Below, piece by piece: positions 49,319 through 58,449 of a stretch of DNA of 64,000 nucleotides (its first letter is position 1; every line of letters starts with the position of its first letter). Under the pieces are notes generated by a model. That model searched no databases. It worked only from the letters and a program-made list of their open reading frames with translations, and was not told where the DNA came from. This DNA is from an uncultured Spirochaetota bacterium. Its GTDB lineage: Bacteria > Spirochaetota > UBA4802 > UBA5550. The stretch lies in the NCBI GenBank assembly GCA_963827275.1, contig CAWHAA010000005.1, positions 192,001 through 256,000 of the forward strand. The letters run 5' to 3'. A program made the position numbers and the translations under genes.

Positions 49319-50512
49319 ATGCGGCGATATACCCGATTATTCTATTTCCTGGCCCTGGCGAATTTCCTGTTCTTCCTCGGGAACTCGCTCTATATTCTCC
49401 TGCCGGTCTTTCTCAAGAACCTTGGCGCCTCAGAATCATACATTGGCGTCATGAACAATATCGACAAGATATTTACCATCATTACCGCCGTGGGGATCGG
49501 ATCGATCATGCACGGAAGGGACCGGATACGACTGTTACGGATAGGCTACCTGGTCCTTGTTGCCGCCTATGCCGCGTATCTCCTCGTGTCGTCCCTCACC
49601 TGGCTGCTCCTCCTTATACGGGTGCTGCACGGCATCGGGTTCTCGATTGCGATGATCATGGGCACCTCCATCATCTTCGACATCGTCCCCATGGAAGATG
49701 CGGCCGAGGCCATCGGCATCTACGGGGTCACCGGCGCCCTCAGCAATGCCCTGAGCCCCTTCTTCGGCGAGATGCTCCTCTCCCGGGGCCATTCGCACCA
49801 CCTGATTTTCGCCCTGTCGGTCCTCCTGGTCTCGCTGAGCCTTGCCATTACCTTTATCATGCCGCGTGGGGAGCGTCCCGGCCCCGCCCCCGACGAGCCG
49901 GCGCGGCGCGGCTCGCTCCGCCTGCTGGCAGAGCCGCGGTATCTGCTGACGACGCTGGCAACCATCATCTTCGGCGGCGGCTTCGGCGTCATCGTCACCT
50001 ATCTCCCCAATTTCATCAGGACAACGACAAGCTTCAGGTTCTCGTACTTTTTCATCATTTATATCTGCGTGCTCATCATCATACGCTTCACCTTCATCAA
50101 GATCGTTGCGCGCATCAACCGCAACAACCTTCTCGTGGCCGTTTTCGCCATCGGCGCGCTCATGAACCTGCTGATGAACGCCCTTGATTCACTGGCGATG
50201 CTGATGATAACCGCCGTCCTGTACGGCGTGACGCACGGCATACTCTACCCGGTCCTGAACACCACGGTGGTCAGCCTGGTGCACATGCATGACCGCGGCA
50301 AGGCAAACGCGCTCTTCACCGCCTCGTTCAATGGCGGCATGATGGCCTTTGCGCTCGCCCTGGGGTTCCTCATCGACCGCTTCAACACGTACCTGGCGGC
50401 CTTCAATGTCTGCGCGGTGATGTTCTCGGTGGCGATCGGATTGATCATCATCATGAAGGTTAAATACCCGACGCCCGACATAACAATCGACCCGGAATTA
50501 AGCATAGAATAA
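49319..50512 (+). CDS. MFS transporter
   Basis: About 12 TM helices; RVLHGIG, DRGKANA. Confidence 0.88.
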   Translation: MRRYTRLFYFLALANFLFFLGNSLYILLPVFLKNLGASESYIGVMNNIDKIFTIITAVGIGSIMHGRDRIRLLRIGYLVLVAAYAAYLLVSSLTWLLLLIRVLHGIGFSIAMIMGTSIIFDIVPMEDAAEAIGIYGVTGALSNALSPFFGEMLLSRGHSHHLIFALSVLLVSLSLAITFIMPRGERPGPAPDEPARRGSLRLLAEPRYLLTTLATIIFGGGFGVIVTYLPNFIRTTTSFRFSYFFIIYICVLIIIRFTFIKIVARINRNNLLVAVFAIGALMNLLMNALDSLAMLMITAVLYGVTHGILYPVLNTTVVSLVHMHDRGKANALFTASFNGGMMAFALALGFLIDRFNTYLAAFNVCAVMFSVAIGLIIIMKVKYPTPDITIDPELSIE

Positions 50513-50566
50513 CATGCAGACCTGAAAACGAGATCGGGGTAATGTGATAAAAACCGGAAAAAATTG

Positions 50567-50594
50567 TAATGTTATGTCTCATTACTGCCGATAG
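50567..50594 (+). promoter_or_regulatory. Putative sigma28 promoter
   Basis: TAAT-N16-GCCGATAG, about 36 nt upstream of the ATG at 50631. Confidence 0.45.
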
Positions 50595-50630
50595 TATGAT
50601 ATATATTATCCGCATTGAAGGGATGCCGAC

Positions 50631-51119
50631 ATGAAACGATTAATAGCTTCATTATTCATACTCGCATTATTCTGCACCGCCTCAGCCGCACGAGCCGCGG
50701 ATGCCGCAGGCGAATCCCGAAGCATGGAAGTACTCGCCGATGACCTGAAGTTCCAGAACGGTGTGGCATTTCTCAAGCTGAAGATGAACGACAAGGCCCT
50801 CGAAACCTTCAATGAATACCTTGAAATATACTACAACGGGACACACCGGCACGAGGCGTACCGCCATATTGCGGAAATATACTTTAACAAGCTTGAATAT
50901 CTCAAGGCGATCGAGCATTACAGGGCCCTTTACGAGGAGTTCAGCAACACGGAAAGCGGCGTGGAGGCATACTACAACATAGGCATCTGCAACATAAAAA
51001 TGGGGGATGAAAGCAAGGCGGCAGCAATATTCAACGAAATAATAGAGCGCCACCAGGAATCCTCCTACCGCCAGCAGGCGGAGCTGCAGCTTGACATGCT
51101 GAACATCCTTCAGGAGTAA
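50631..51119 (+). CDS. Secreted TPR protein (YbgF/BamD-like repeats)
   Basis: Signal peptide ending ARA; three TPR-like repeats. Confidence 0.8.
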   Translation: MKRLIASLFILALFCTASAARAADAAGESRSMEVLADDLKFQNGVAFLKLKMNDKALETFNEYLEIYYNGTHRHEAYRHIAEIYFNKLEYLKAIEHYRALYEEFSNTESGVEAYYNIGICNIKMGDESKAAAIFNEIIERHQESSYRQQAELQLDMLNILQE

Positions 51120-51236
51120 CGGGCCGGGTATTGATAAAAAAAAGTATATAATTCTATTGACAAAAGAAAGCCTCAATAGAATATGCCCTTTATTTTGAAA
51201 AATGCCATCTGCTCACTACGACCAGTGCAATAATTG

Positions 51237-51270
51237 ACAGGGACGGCATCATCAATGCCGTCCCTGTTTA
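51237..51270 (+). promoter_or_regulatory. 13-bp hairpin in the fusA leader (attenuator or terminator candidate)
   Basis: ACAGGGACGGCAT-CATCA-ATGCCGTCCCTGT followed by TTA, about 40 nt before the fusA ATG. Confidence 0.55.
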
Positions 51271-51306
51271 TACATAGAAGATAATAATGAAAATCGAGGA
51301 ATTAAT

Positions 51307-53382
51307 ATGCCGTTACAGAAATTAAGAAACATCGGAATCGCCGCTCATATAGACGCAGGCAAAACGACGTGCACCGAACGCATACTCTTCTTTACCGGGA
51401 CCACGCGAAAGCTGGGCGAGGTGCATGACGGCGAGGCCACCATGGACTTCATGAAACAGGAACAGGAGCGCGGCATCACCATCGCATCCGCCGCCATAAC
51501 AAGCTTCTGGAACAACCACATCATAAACATCATCGACACCCCGGGCCACGTCGACTTCACGGTTGAAGTCGAGCGCTCCCTGCGGGTCATTGACGGCATG
51601 GTCGCGGTCTTCTGCGCGGTTGGCGGCGTGGAGCCCCAGAGCGAGACCGTATGGAACCAGGCTGACCGGTACCATGTGCCCCGCATCGCTTTCATCAATA
51701 AAATGGACCGCGTGGGCGCCGACTTCAGCGAAGTGGTAAAGCAGATGGACAAATACCTGGACGCCAACCCGGTGCCGTTCCAGGTGCCGATCGGCATCGA
51801 GGACACGTTCGAGGGCAATATCGACATCATTCGGAGAAAGGCGATTTTCGTCAAAGACATGGAACTGTCGGTCGAGGAGATACCCGATTCGATGAAGGCT
51901 GCCGCTGAAGAAGCACGCGGCTTTCTTGTAGAAAAACTCGCCGATTTTAATGAAGAGATCATGGGACTCTACCTCGACGGCAAGGCGGTCCCCGACGATC
52001 TCCTTAAAAAAGCGGCGCGGGAAGCGACGATCAAGATGAACATCACGCCGGTATTCTGCGGCTCGGCCTACAAGAACAAGGGAGTGCGCCTCCTCCTGGA
52101 CGCGGTGGTGGACTACCTCCCGTCGCCGGTGGACATCGGCGCCGTGGTGGGCATCGACATCAACGACCCGGGAAAGTCCCACACCCGGCACCCGTCGACG
52201 AAGGACCCGTTCGCGGCGCTCGCGTTCAAGCTGATCCACGACCCGTATGTCGGCCAGCAGACCTTCGTCCGCATCTATTCGGGCGAACTGAAGAGCGGCA
52301 TGCAGGTCATGAACAGCACAAAGTCGAAACCAGAGCGCATCGGCCGGATACTCAGGATCCACGCCAAGGAGCGCGAAGAGATAGAAACCGCCGGCCCGGG
52401 GGACATCGTTGCCCTCATCGGGATGAAATACACGAAGACGGGCGACACCCTGTGCGATCAGGACCACCCGCTCTTCCTTGAGAACATCTTCATTCCTCCC
52501 TCCGTCATAGAGATGAAGATAACGCCCCCATCAAAAAAAGAGGAGGAGAAGCTCGGCGCGGCGCTCCGCAAGCTATCCATGGAAGACCCCTCGTTCAAGG
52601 TGCGGTTTAATGACGAAACCAACGAAACGATCATAGCGGGGATGGGAGAGCTCCACCTGGAGATCATTGTCGACCGGCTCAAGACCGAGTTCGGCGCGGT
52701 CGCCGAAGTCGGAGCGCCGTCGGTGGCCTTCCGTGAGACCATAACCCGTGAGGTTGAGAACAACTACAAGCACTCGAAGCAGACCGGCGGCCGCGGCCAG
52801 TATGCCCATACCGTCCTGCGCCTCGAGCCCAACGAGGGCAAAGGCTTCGAATTCGAAGACCGGATCAAGGGCGGCGCGATCCCCACCGAGTACATCCCCT
52901 CCGTGCGCAAGGGGATAGAGGCTGCCATGGCGGAAGGGATCCTGTCCGAATTCCCGGTCGTAGACGTCAAGGTAGTGCTGCTCGACGGCACGTACCACGA
53001 GGTTGACTCCTCCGACATGGCGTTCAGGACCTGCGCGTCCATATGCTTCAAGGAAGGCTTCCTCAAGGCGAACCCGATACTGCTCGAGCCGATGATGAAG
53101 ATAGAGGTCAACACGCCGGACGATTACATCGGCGAGGTCGTGGGCGACCTGAACAAGCGCCGGGGCAGGATAGAATCAATGCGCCGCTACCGCAAGGGGT
53201 CCCAGAAGGTAATCGGGTTTGTTCCCCTCCAGGAGATGTTCGGTTACGCGACCCAGCTCAGGAACATATCCAGCGGCAGGGCCAACTACTCCATGGAGTT
53301 CTTCAAGTACGTCCCCGTCAACAAGGATATCCAGGAAAAAGTCCTGAAGCAGATGCAAGAGAAGAAAAACAAGGCAAGCTGA
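51307..53382 (+). CDS. fusA: Elongation factor G (stand-alone copy)
   Basis: [55 protein letters not shown]. Confidence 0.97.
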   Translation: MPLQKLRNIGIAAHIDAGKTTCTERILFFTGTTRKLGEVHDGEATMDFMKQEQERGITIASAAITSFWNNHIINIIDTPGHVDFTVEVERSLRVIDGMVAVFCAVGGVEPQSETVWNQADRYHVPRIAFINKMDRVGADFSEVVKQMDKYLDANPVPFQVPIGIEDTFEGNIDIIRRKAIFVKDMELSVEEIPDSMKAAAEEARGFLVEKLADFNEEIMGLYLDGKAVPDDLLKKAAREATIKMNITPVFCGSAYKNKGVRLLLDAVVDYLPSPVDIGAVVGIDINDPGKSHTRHPSTKDPFAALAFKLIHDPYVGQQTFVRIYSGELKSGMQVMNSTKSKPERIGRILRIHAKEREEIETAGPGDIVALIGMKYTKTGDTLCDQDHPLFLENIFIPPSVIEMKITPPSKKEEEKLGAALRKLSMEDPSFKVRFNDETNETIIAGMGELHLEIIVDRLKTEFGAVAEVGAPSVAFRETITREVENNYKHSKQTGGRGQYAHTVLRLEPNEGKGFEFEDRIKGGAIPTEYIPSVRKGIEAAMAEGILSEFPVVDVKVVLLDGTYHEVDSSDMAFRTCASICFKEGFLKANPILLEPMMKIEVNTPDDYIGEVVGDLNKRRGRIESMRRYRKGSQKVIGFVPLQEMFGYATQLRNISSGRANYSMEFFKYVPVNKDIQEKVLKQMQEKKNKAS

Positions 53383-53445
53383 CAGCAGCGACGCCGTTCA
53401 TTCTATATCATGGAAACCGGATCGGGCGCCGCGAGGCGCCCGATT

Positions 53446-53892
53446 TCATTTAAGGGCTTTTTTGAGGCGCGCCACCCAATCGCTGCCCGACGCTTCCTCT
53501 GCCTTGTAAAAATCGAGGAACTTGTGTATCTGCGAGCAGGTGTCAGGCTGCAGGTCATGCTCCACCCTGCAGGCCTCGCCTTCAGCGTTGCTGCAGTCAA
53601 CCTGGAGAACGTTCGCGAAAAAGTCTATGAGGCAGTTATGGCGCTTCAGAACGCGGTCGGCCAGTTCATTTCCCCTGCCGGTAAGCTCGACATATCCGTA
53701 TTTCTCATAATCGATGAGCTCCATCTCCTTTAAGCGGGCGAGGGCCGCGGATACGCTGGGCATCTTGATATTCAGCTTCTTCGCTATGTCCTTGACACGA
53801 ACCACCTTGTTGCTGGCGGCGAGCATGAATATCGCCTCCACATAGTCTTCCATGTGCGGCGTGAGGCCGGTGTCCCGGTAGCTGTATTTCAT
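53446..53892 (-). CDS. DtxR/MntR family metal-dependent regulator
   Basis: MEDYVEAI, VRVKDIAKKL..PSV, RH, EACRVEH. Confidence 0.92.
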   Translation of the reverse strand: MKYSYRDTGLTPHMEDYVEAIFMLAASNKVVRVKDIAKKLNIKMPSVSAALARLKEMELIDYEKYGYVELTGRGNELADRVLKRHNCLIDFFANVLQVDCSNAEGEACRVEHDLQPDTCSQIHKFLDFYKAEEASGSDWVARLKKALK

Positions 53893-53920
53893 TTTAGCCT
53901 GGTCGACCATTGCCGGGCCG

Positions 53921-54841
53921 TCACTTTTCCATCCGGAAATACATCTTTTCTATGCGCTGGAGGTCTTCCTCCACCCGTTTTTTCAGAGGCGACGTGCCGA
54001 AGCGGTCGTCCGTCTCGCCCTTTTTCAGGAACTGCCGGTAAATCCTTCGTGCCGTTTCCACGTCCTTGAGCCGCGGGTCCTTCTCGTAAATCTTCCCCAT
54101 CAGATAGTAGGCGTCATCGACCGTGGCGCGGTCCTTGTAGTACTTGATGATCCTCACCGCCGAATCAAGGGCCTGCGTCCCCTTCTGCTGGTTCAGGTAG
54201 AGCATACCCGTGTTCAGGAGCGCCTTGTCCGCCAGCTCGTGCGAGGGAAACTGGGCCTGCACCCTCTGGTAATACTCGATCGAGGCGATCTGGTCCCCCT
54301 TCATCTGGCTGCTCTCGCCTGCGTAGAACACGGCGGCGGGGTAATCGCCCGATTCCGCGCTCACCGCGGCGAATTCCCTGATGGCGTCGTCGTAGCGGTA
54401 CTGCTTCATGTATATCTTGCCCATCCAGAAGCGGGCGCTGTCCCTGTACAGCCCGCCGGGGTACTTCGCCGACAGGTCCTGGAACTTGCGGAGTGAATGG
54501 TCATAGAGGCCGTTGTTGTAGAAATCGATGCCGGTCTTCAGGAGGAGCTGCTCCTCGCCGGAGACCCGCGGCGATGACTCTTCTTTCGCCTGGACGGCGC
54601 TGCCCGTGCGTCCGGTGATGACCCGTGCGGGCGCCGCCTTCTTCTCCACGGTTGACGGGGGCTGCGCGGACTCCTGCTTCGGAGCGTCCTGCGCCGCGGG
54701 CGGCGCGCTCCCGGTCTTCCCGGCCGGCGTAGCCTGCTCGGGCGCTTCAAGAATGGTGTTTATTATCTCCTCGGGCTTCGGCACGTCGCTTGCGGCCGCC
54801 GGAACGGCGAAGATCAGCAGGGCCAACAGTAGTGGTTTCAC
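53921..54841 (-). CDS. Secreted TPR protein
   Basis: Signal peptide, Pro/Ala-rich linker, multiple TPR repeats. Confidence 0.82.
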   Translation of the reverse strand: MKPLLLALLIFAVPAAASDVPKPEEIINTILEAPEQATPAGKTGSAPPAAQDAPKQESAQPPSTVEKKAAPARVITGRTGSAVQAKEESSPRVSGEEQLLLKTGIDFYNNGLYDHSLRKFQDLSAKYPGGLYRDSARFWMGKIYMKQYRYDDAIREFAAVSAESGDYPAAVFYAGESSQMKGDQIASIEYYQRVQAQFPSHELADKALLNTGMLYLNQQKGTQALDSAVRIIKYYKDRATVDDAYYLMGKIYEKDPRLKDVETARRIYRQFLKKGETDDRFGTSPLKKRVEEDLQRIEKMYFRMEK

Positions 54842-55686
54842 TCTCCGATTATACCTTCCTCGTGGGTAAGCGGTTCGGGGGAGCGGACATCGGCCCCCCC
54901 GCTCCGTCTCTTTTTCTCAAGGGGCCTCACCTCCGCCCCGGACCTCCGCTGCGGCGGCGACTTCAACAATTCCCGGTCGCGTGCCGGCAACAGACCGCCG
55001 GAGCCGCTCTCCATGAGGGCGCCTTCTTCAGCCGCGGGACGCGGCCGCATCCTCTCGGGAGGCCCGGCCACGGAATCGGGCGCGCCGCTGTCCGGAACGA
55101 GTTCCCGCTCCCGGTCCATGATCCGCGGGATGTCCCTCTTCTCGCTCTCGACCAGCGATTCACGGTCTTTTTCGGCCGCCCCGCTCCTCTTCCCGATGGG
55201 CCGCACGTCCGATTTCAGTCCCGGCGTTGTGCCGTAATCACCCTCGAAGAGCGGGTCCTGGACCCGGACCCCGGGTGTTTCCTTTATTTTCCGGTGTGAC
55301 TCCGGCTCGATAATGCCCTTTTCGGTATCCGGCTCCAGGTTGGTCTGCGACGGGAAACGCACCTTTTCCATGTCTATCTTCTTCATCTCGTTGACCACTT
55401 CCGAATCAAGCATCGCGGTAAAGCTCCCGTCACGGCTCTCACGTTTGATATCCAGGTCGAAGGCCTCGTTCGTATTCTCGATTATCGGCGCGCTTTTTAT
55501 CTTTGCGGCCTCCTTGCCCCTCGTGACACCGTACACGATCCCGCCTATCAGCGAAACGAATATGAGAAGAAAGAAAACGCCTTTTATCGTCATCTGGGTC
55601 TGGGCCGGTATCATGCCGATCATCCGGTCGATGCCCGAGACCGCTCCCGATGCGGCCCGCGTTACGGTTTCCTGCGATACTTTCAT
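54838..55686 (-). CDS. Single-TM hypothetical protein with low-complexity C-terminus
   Basis: One TM helix (FFLLIFVSLIGGIVYGV); 4-bp overlap with the downstream TPR gene. Confidence 0.7.
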   Translation of the reverse strand: MKVSQETVTRAASGAVSGIDRMIGMIPAQTQMTIKGVFFLLIFVSLIGGIVYGVTRGKEAAKIKSAPIIENTNEAFDLDIKRESRDGSFTAMLDSEVVNEMKKIDMEKVRFPSQTNLEPDTEKGIIEPESHRKIKETPGVRVQDPLFEGDYGTTPGLKSDVRPIGKRSGAAEKDRESLVESEKRDIPRIMDRERELVPDSGAPDSVAGPPERMRPRPAAEEGALMESGSGGLLPARDRELLKSPPQRRSGAEVRPLEKKRRSGGADVRSPEPLTHEEGIIGE

Positions 55687-55748
55687 ATCAATCTCTCTTG
55701 TCCGGGTACCGGCGCCTGACGCCCGGCCCCCGTACTGTCAATATATCA

Positions 55749-56585
55749 TTATTTATTGATTTTATCAATAATAAATATTACCCGGCATCTTTTCAGCTGC
55801 GCCACGGTCTCGGGACTGCTCAATATTTTCCTGACATCACGGTCCGCGATGACCGGGCACCCCTTCATCTCGCGCAGCGCCACGGTGTAATAGGGACGGT
55901 CGCCGGCCAGCCGGTTGTTCATGGCCTCGTCCTGGCTGGTGGCATAGGCGACGATGCCGTACTTCGTTGAATGACGGATGTCCACCCTGAAGCGGCCGTA
56001 CACCTCGAGCCCCTCCTCGCTGAACACCGAAGGCAGGATCATCGGCTCGACGCGGAGCCCCCGCGTATCGATGACCAGGCTTGAATAGCGCGTCGGGATG
56101 GGATTGTCGAGGCGCGTCGGGAACTCGTCTCCCGGGTAGGTGTAGGGGACCGCCTGAAGGATGTCCCCGATACGGAGCTCCGCCCGGCATGCCGAGGTGA
56201 TAAAGTCGAGCGGGTATTCGCGCACCTTCACCCTGCCGTTGATGACGCCGACGATGCGAGACCGGGCGGCGTCGCTCTGCTCGATCAGTTCTTCGAGTGT
56301 GGTGTCCGCATCGACCCTTATCCCCCTGACCAGCCGGACCATGTTTTCAACCGCATTCTCGCGCGCCTTGCGGTAGGCGCTGACCCGGCCCCGGTTTATT
56401 GAAATAACTTCACCGCCCTGGTCGACCGGCCTGCCGGTGTCGCTCAGCGGCACACGCCAGGTCCCGTGGGTGATAATGAGGCCCCTGCTCCAGTCCACCT
56501 CGTCCTGCCCGGGCCCGGTTACAAGCGCCGCGCTATCGAGCATCGAAAGAAGAATGATCACGACCGCCAATGAAAAATGTTTCAT
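55749..56585 (-). CDS. Conserved secreted hypothetical protein
   Basis: Signal peptide; VDWSRG, YSSLVIDTRG, P.ILPSV, L..CRVIFI motifs typical of a widespread uncharacterised periplasmic family. Confidence 0.75.
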   Translation of the reverse strand: MKHFSLAVVIILLSMLDSAALVTGPGQDEVDWSRGLIITHGTWRVPLSDTGRPVDQGGEVISINRGRVSAYRKARENAVENMVRLVRGIRVDADTTLEELIEQSDAARSRIVGVINGRVKVREYPLDFITSACRAELRIGDILQAVPYTYPGDEFPTRLDNPIPTRYSSLVIDTRGLRVEPMILPSVFSEEGLEVYGRFRVDIRHSTKYGIVAYATSQDEAMNNRLAGDRPYYTVALREMKGCPVIADRDVRKILSSPETVAQLKRCRVIFIIDKINK

Positions 56586-56675
56586 AATCGAATGTGTCCT
56601 GTTCCGTGTAAGGCTGATATGTTGTAATGAGCGCATAATGACCGTATTGTAATGAACAGTGGTTCATTACTACAA

Positions 56676-56704
56676 TTATCGGATGGTGGCGCATGATATC
56701 TTTA
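56676..56704 (-). promoter_or_regulatory. Putative sigma28 promoter
   Basis: TAAA-N17-TCCGATAA on the minus strand, upstream of 56585; spacer 1-2 nt longer than consensus. Confidence 0.4.
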
Positions 56705-56715
56705 GGATGTTATTT

Positions 56716-58437
56716 TCAGGGCCTGCCGGCCGCGTTTCCCAGTTCCCGTATGCTTTTTTGGAGGGCCGGGACGAGCTTCCCGGCCGCAGACCGGATGTCC
56801 CGCAGCATCATCCGCTCCGCCTCCTCCGCGGCGGCGTCGTACCGCGCCAGGAAGGTTTGCGCCTTGCGCAGAAACGGCCGCAGCAGTATGCGCAGGTCGG
56901 GGCCGTTCAGCATCTCCTCCACCGCAGGGGCCCCCGCGCGATCGTCCAGCGCCCGGGCCGCCGCCTCACCTATGCGTCCGAGGTCCAGGACCGCCTGCCG
57001 CATGGCGCCCGCCAGCCGCTCCGGGTTGCCCCGCCCGGCCTTTGACAGTGCCCTGGAGAGGAGATCACCCGGAGAAGGCGTACGGACCGGGCACTCTTCG
57101 ACCAGGGACGACAGGGTGCGCTCCACGGCATTGGCGATACGGGCGCCGCTCTCCGTCGCGTTGATTACCGGCACGCCGACCCTCCCGGCCGAATCCTCGA
57201 ACCAGCCCCGGTACAGGTCGAAGACAAAATCGGAAATGACCGTCCCGGCGCCGCCGAAGGCCGGGACCCGCTTGATCTTCCGCCGGCGCACGACGCCCTG
57301 GTTTATCGTGTCAAGGTTCATGAACCTGGTGATGCGGGTCTGCCATTCATCGTTATGGTGCGTCCCGCTGCAATGTATCTCCCTCCCGGTATACGCGAGG
57401 TCCTGCCCCACCAGTATGATGGGGCTGCAGCCCAGGTTCAGGAGCAGGTCAAAGGCGCTGGTGGCGACCGACCCTCCCGACTGGACATCGCCGACCGGGC
57501 CTGCGTACCGCTCGATCCAGTCCATCAGGGGCGACGCCTCGCGCTTCGTCCCGCCGTCCGGCGGCGTGTAGAATTTCGACGTGGTGCTCACGATCCGCGG
57601 GCCGCGGTAGGAGCGGAGCACGTGCGGACAGCACACCATGTCCGCCAGGAGGACCGCGCCGTCGTCGCGCTGGCCGAGGAAATGCTTGATGCTGTAATTC
57701 TGCGCGTCGATGGTCATTATGATATGGGGGATGATATTTTTCTTCCGGAGCACGGGAGCGGCGGTATCAACCGCGACAATGAGCGCGCGGTCCCTCATCC
57801 GCGCCAGCACGTCCGCGTTCGCGCGAAGGCCGGGCCCGGCCGAGACGATGATCCCCGGGCAGCCGGCAAACGCGCCGAAACAATTGCCGACCCGCGCCGA
57901 GGAGAACAGGTGGCCGGCATTCGCCAGGATGTTCCAGGCCCACCGCTCCTCGAACTCCACGCGGGTCAGGAGGTCGCTGATCTTCGACGACACGTACTGG
58001 CCCATCTCCCGCATGATGGAATCGTAGAATTCACGGTAAAGGAGGTATGAGGGGCGGTGCGTGTAATGCGCAATCCCGCGGAAGCCGGAGATGTCGATCT
58101 CATCGAAGATCCCCGGGAGCCCCGCCGCCGACGTGACCACGGCCACACCGTCGAGGTGGCGCGGACAGGTCGCGCGGGCGATGTCCACCACCTCGGGGTC
58201 GTGCTCGACCGCCACGATCGGCATGCCGGGGAACTTCCGCCTGAGGGAATCCAGGTGGTAGCCCAGGCCCATGCCATACACCGCTATCAGCGAGGCCCTC
58301 CCGACCGAAAAGCCATCGACCGCGCGTTGCGCTTCGCGGTCAGGATCATAGGCGGAATGTATCCGCACCTCGCGTGAATTTTTATACAGGAGCGTATGCT
58401 TCCCGCCGGGTATTTCCTTTACTATGTACGAACCCAT
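56716..58437 (-). CDS. DUF115 / MptE-like motility-associated factor (Maf) family protein
   Basis: IHSAYDP.REA, GMGLGYH, IVSAGPGL, AVDTA, GGSVAT, PIILVGQDLAY, INATESGARI. Confidence 0.88.
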   Translation of the reverse strand: MGSYIVKEIPGGKHTLLYKNSREVRIHSAYDPDREAQRAVDGFSVGRASLIAVYGMGLGYHLDSLRRKFPGMPIVAVEHDPEVVDIARATCPRHLDGVAVVTSAAGLPGIFDEIDISGFRGIAHYTHRPSYLLYREFYDSIMREMGQYVSSKISDLLTRVEFEERWAWNILANAGHLFSSARVGNCFGAFAGCPGIIVSAGPGLRANADVLARMRDRALIVAVDTAAPVLRKKNIIPHIIMTIDAQNYSIKHFLGQRDDGAVLLADMVCCPHVLRSYRGPRIVSTTSKFYTPPDGGTKREASPLMDWIERYAGPVGDVQSGGSVATSAFDLLLNLGCSPIILVGQDLAYTGREIHCSGTHHNDEWQTRITRFMNLDTINQGVVRRRKIKRVPAFGGAGTVISDFVFDLYRGWFEDSAGRVGVPVINATESGARIANAVERTLSSLVEECPVRTPSPGDLLSRALSKAGRGNPERLAGAMRQAVLDLGRIGEAAARALDDRAGAPAVEEMLNGPDLRILLRPFLRKAQTFLARYDAAAEEAERMMLRDIRSAAGKLVPALQKSIRELGNAAGRP

Positions 58438-58449
58438 GGAACGCCCTTC

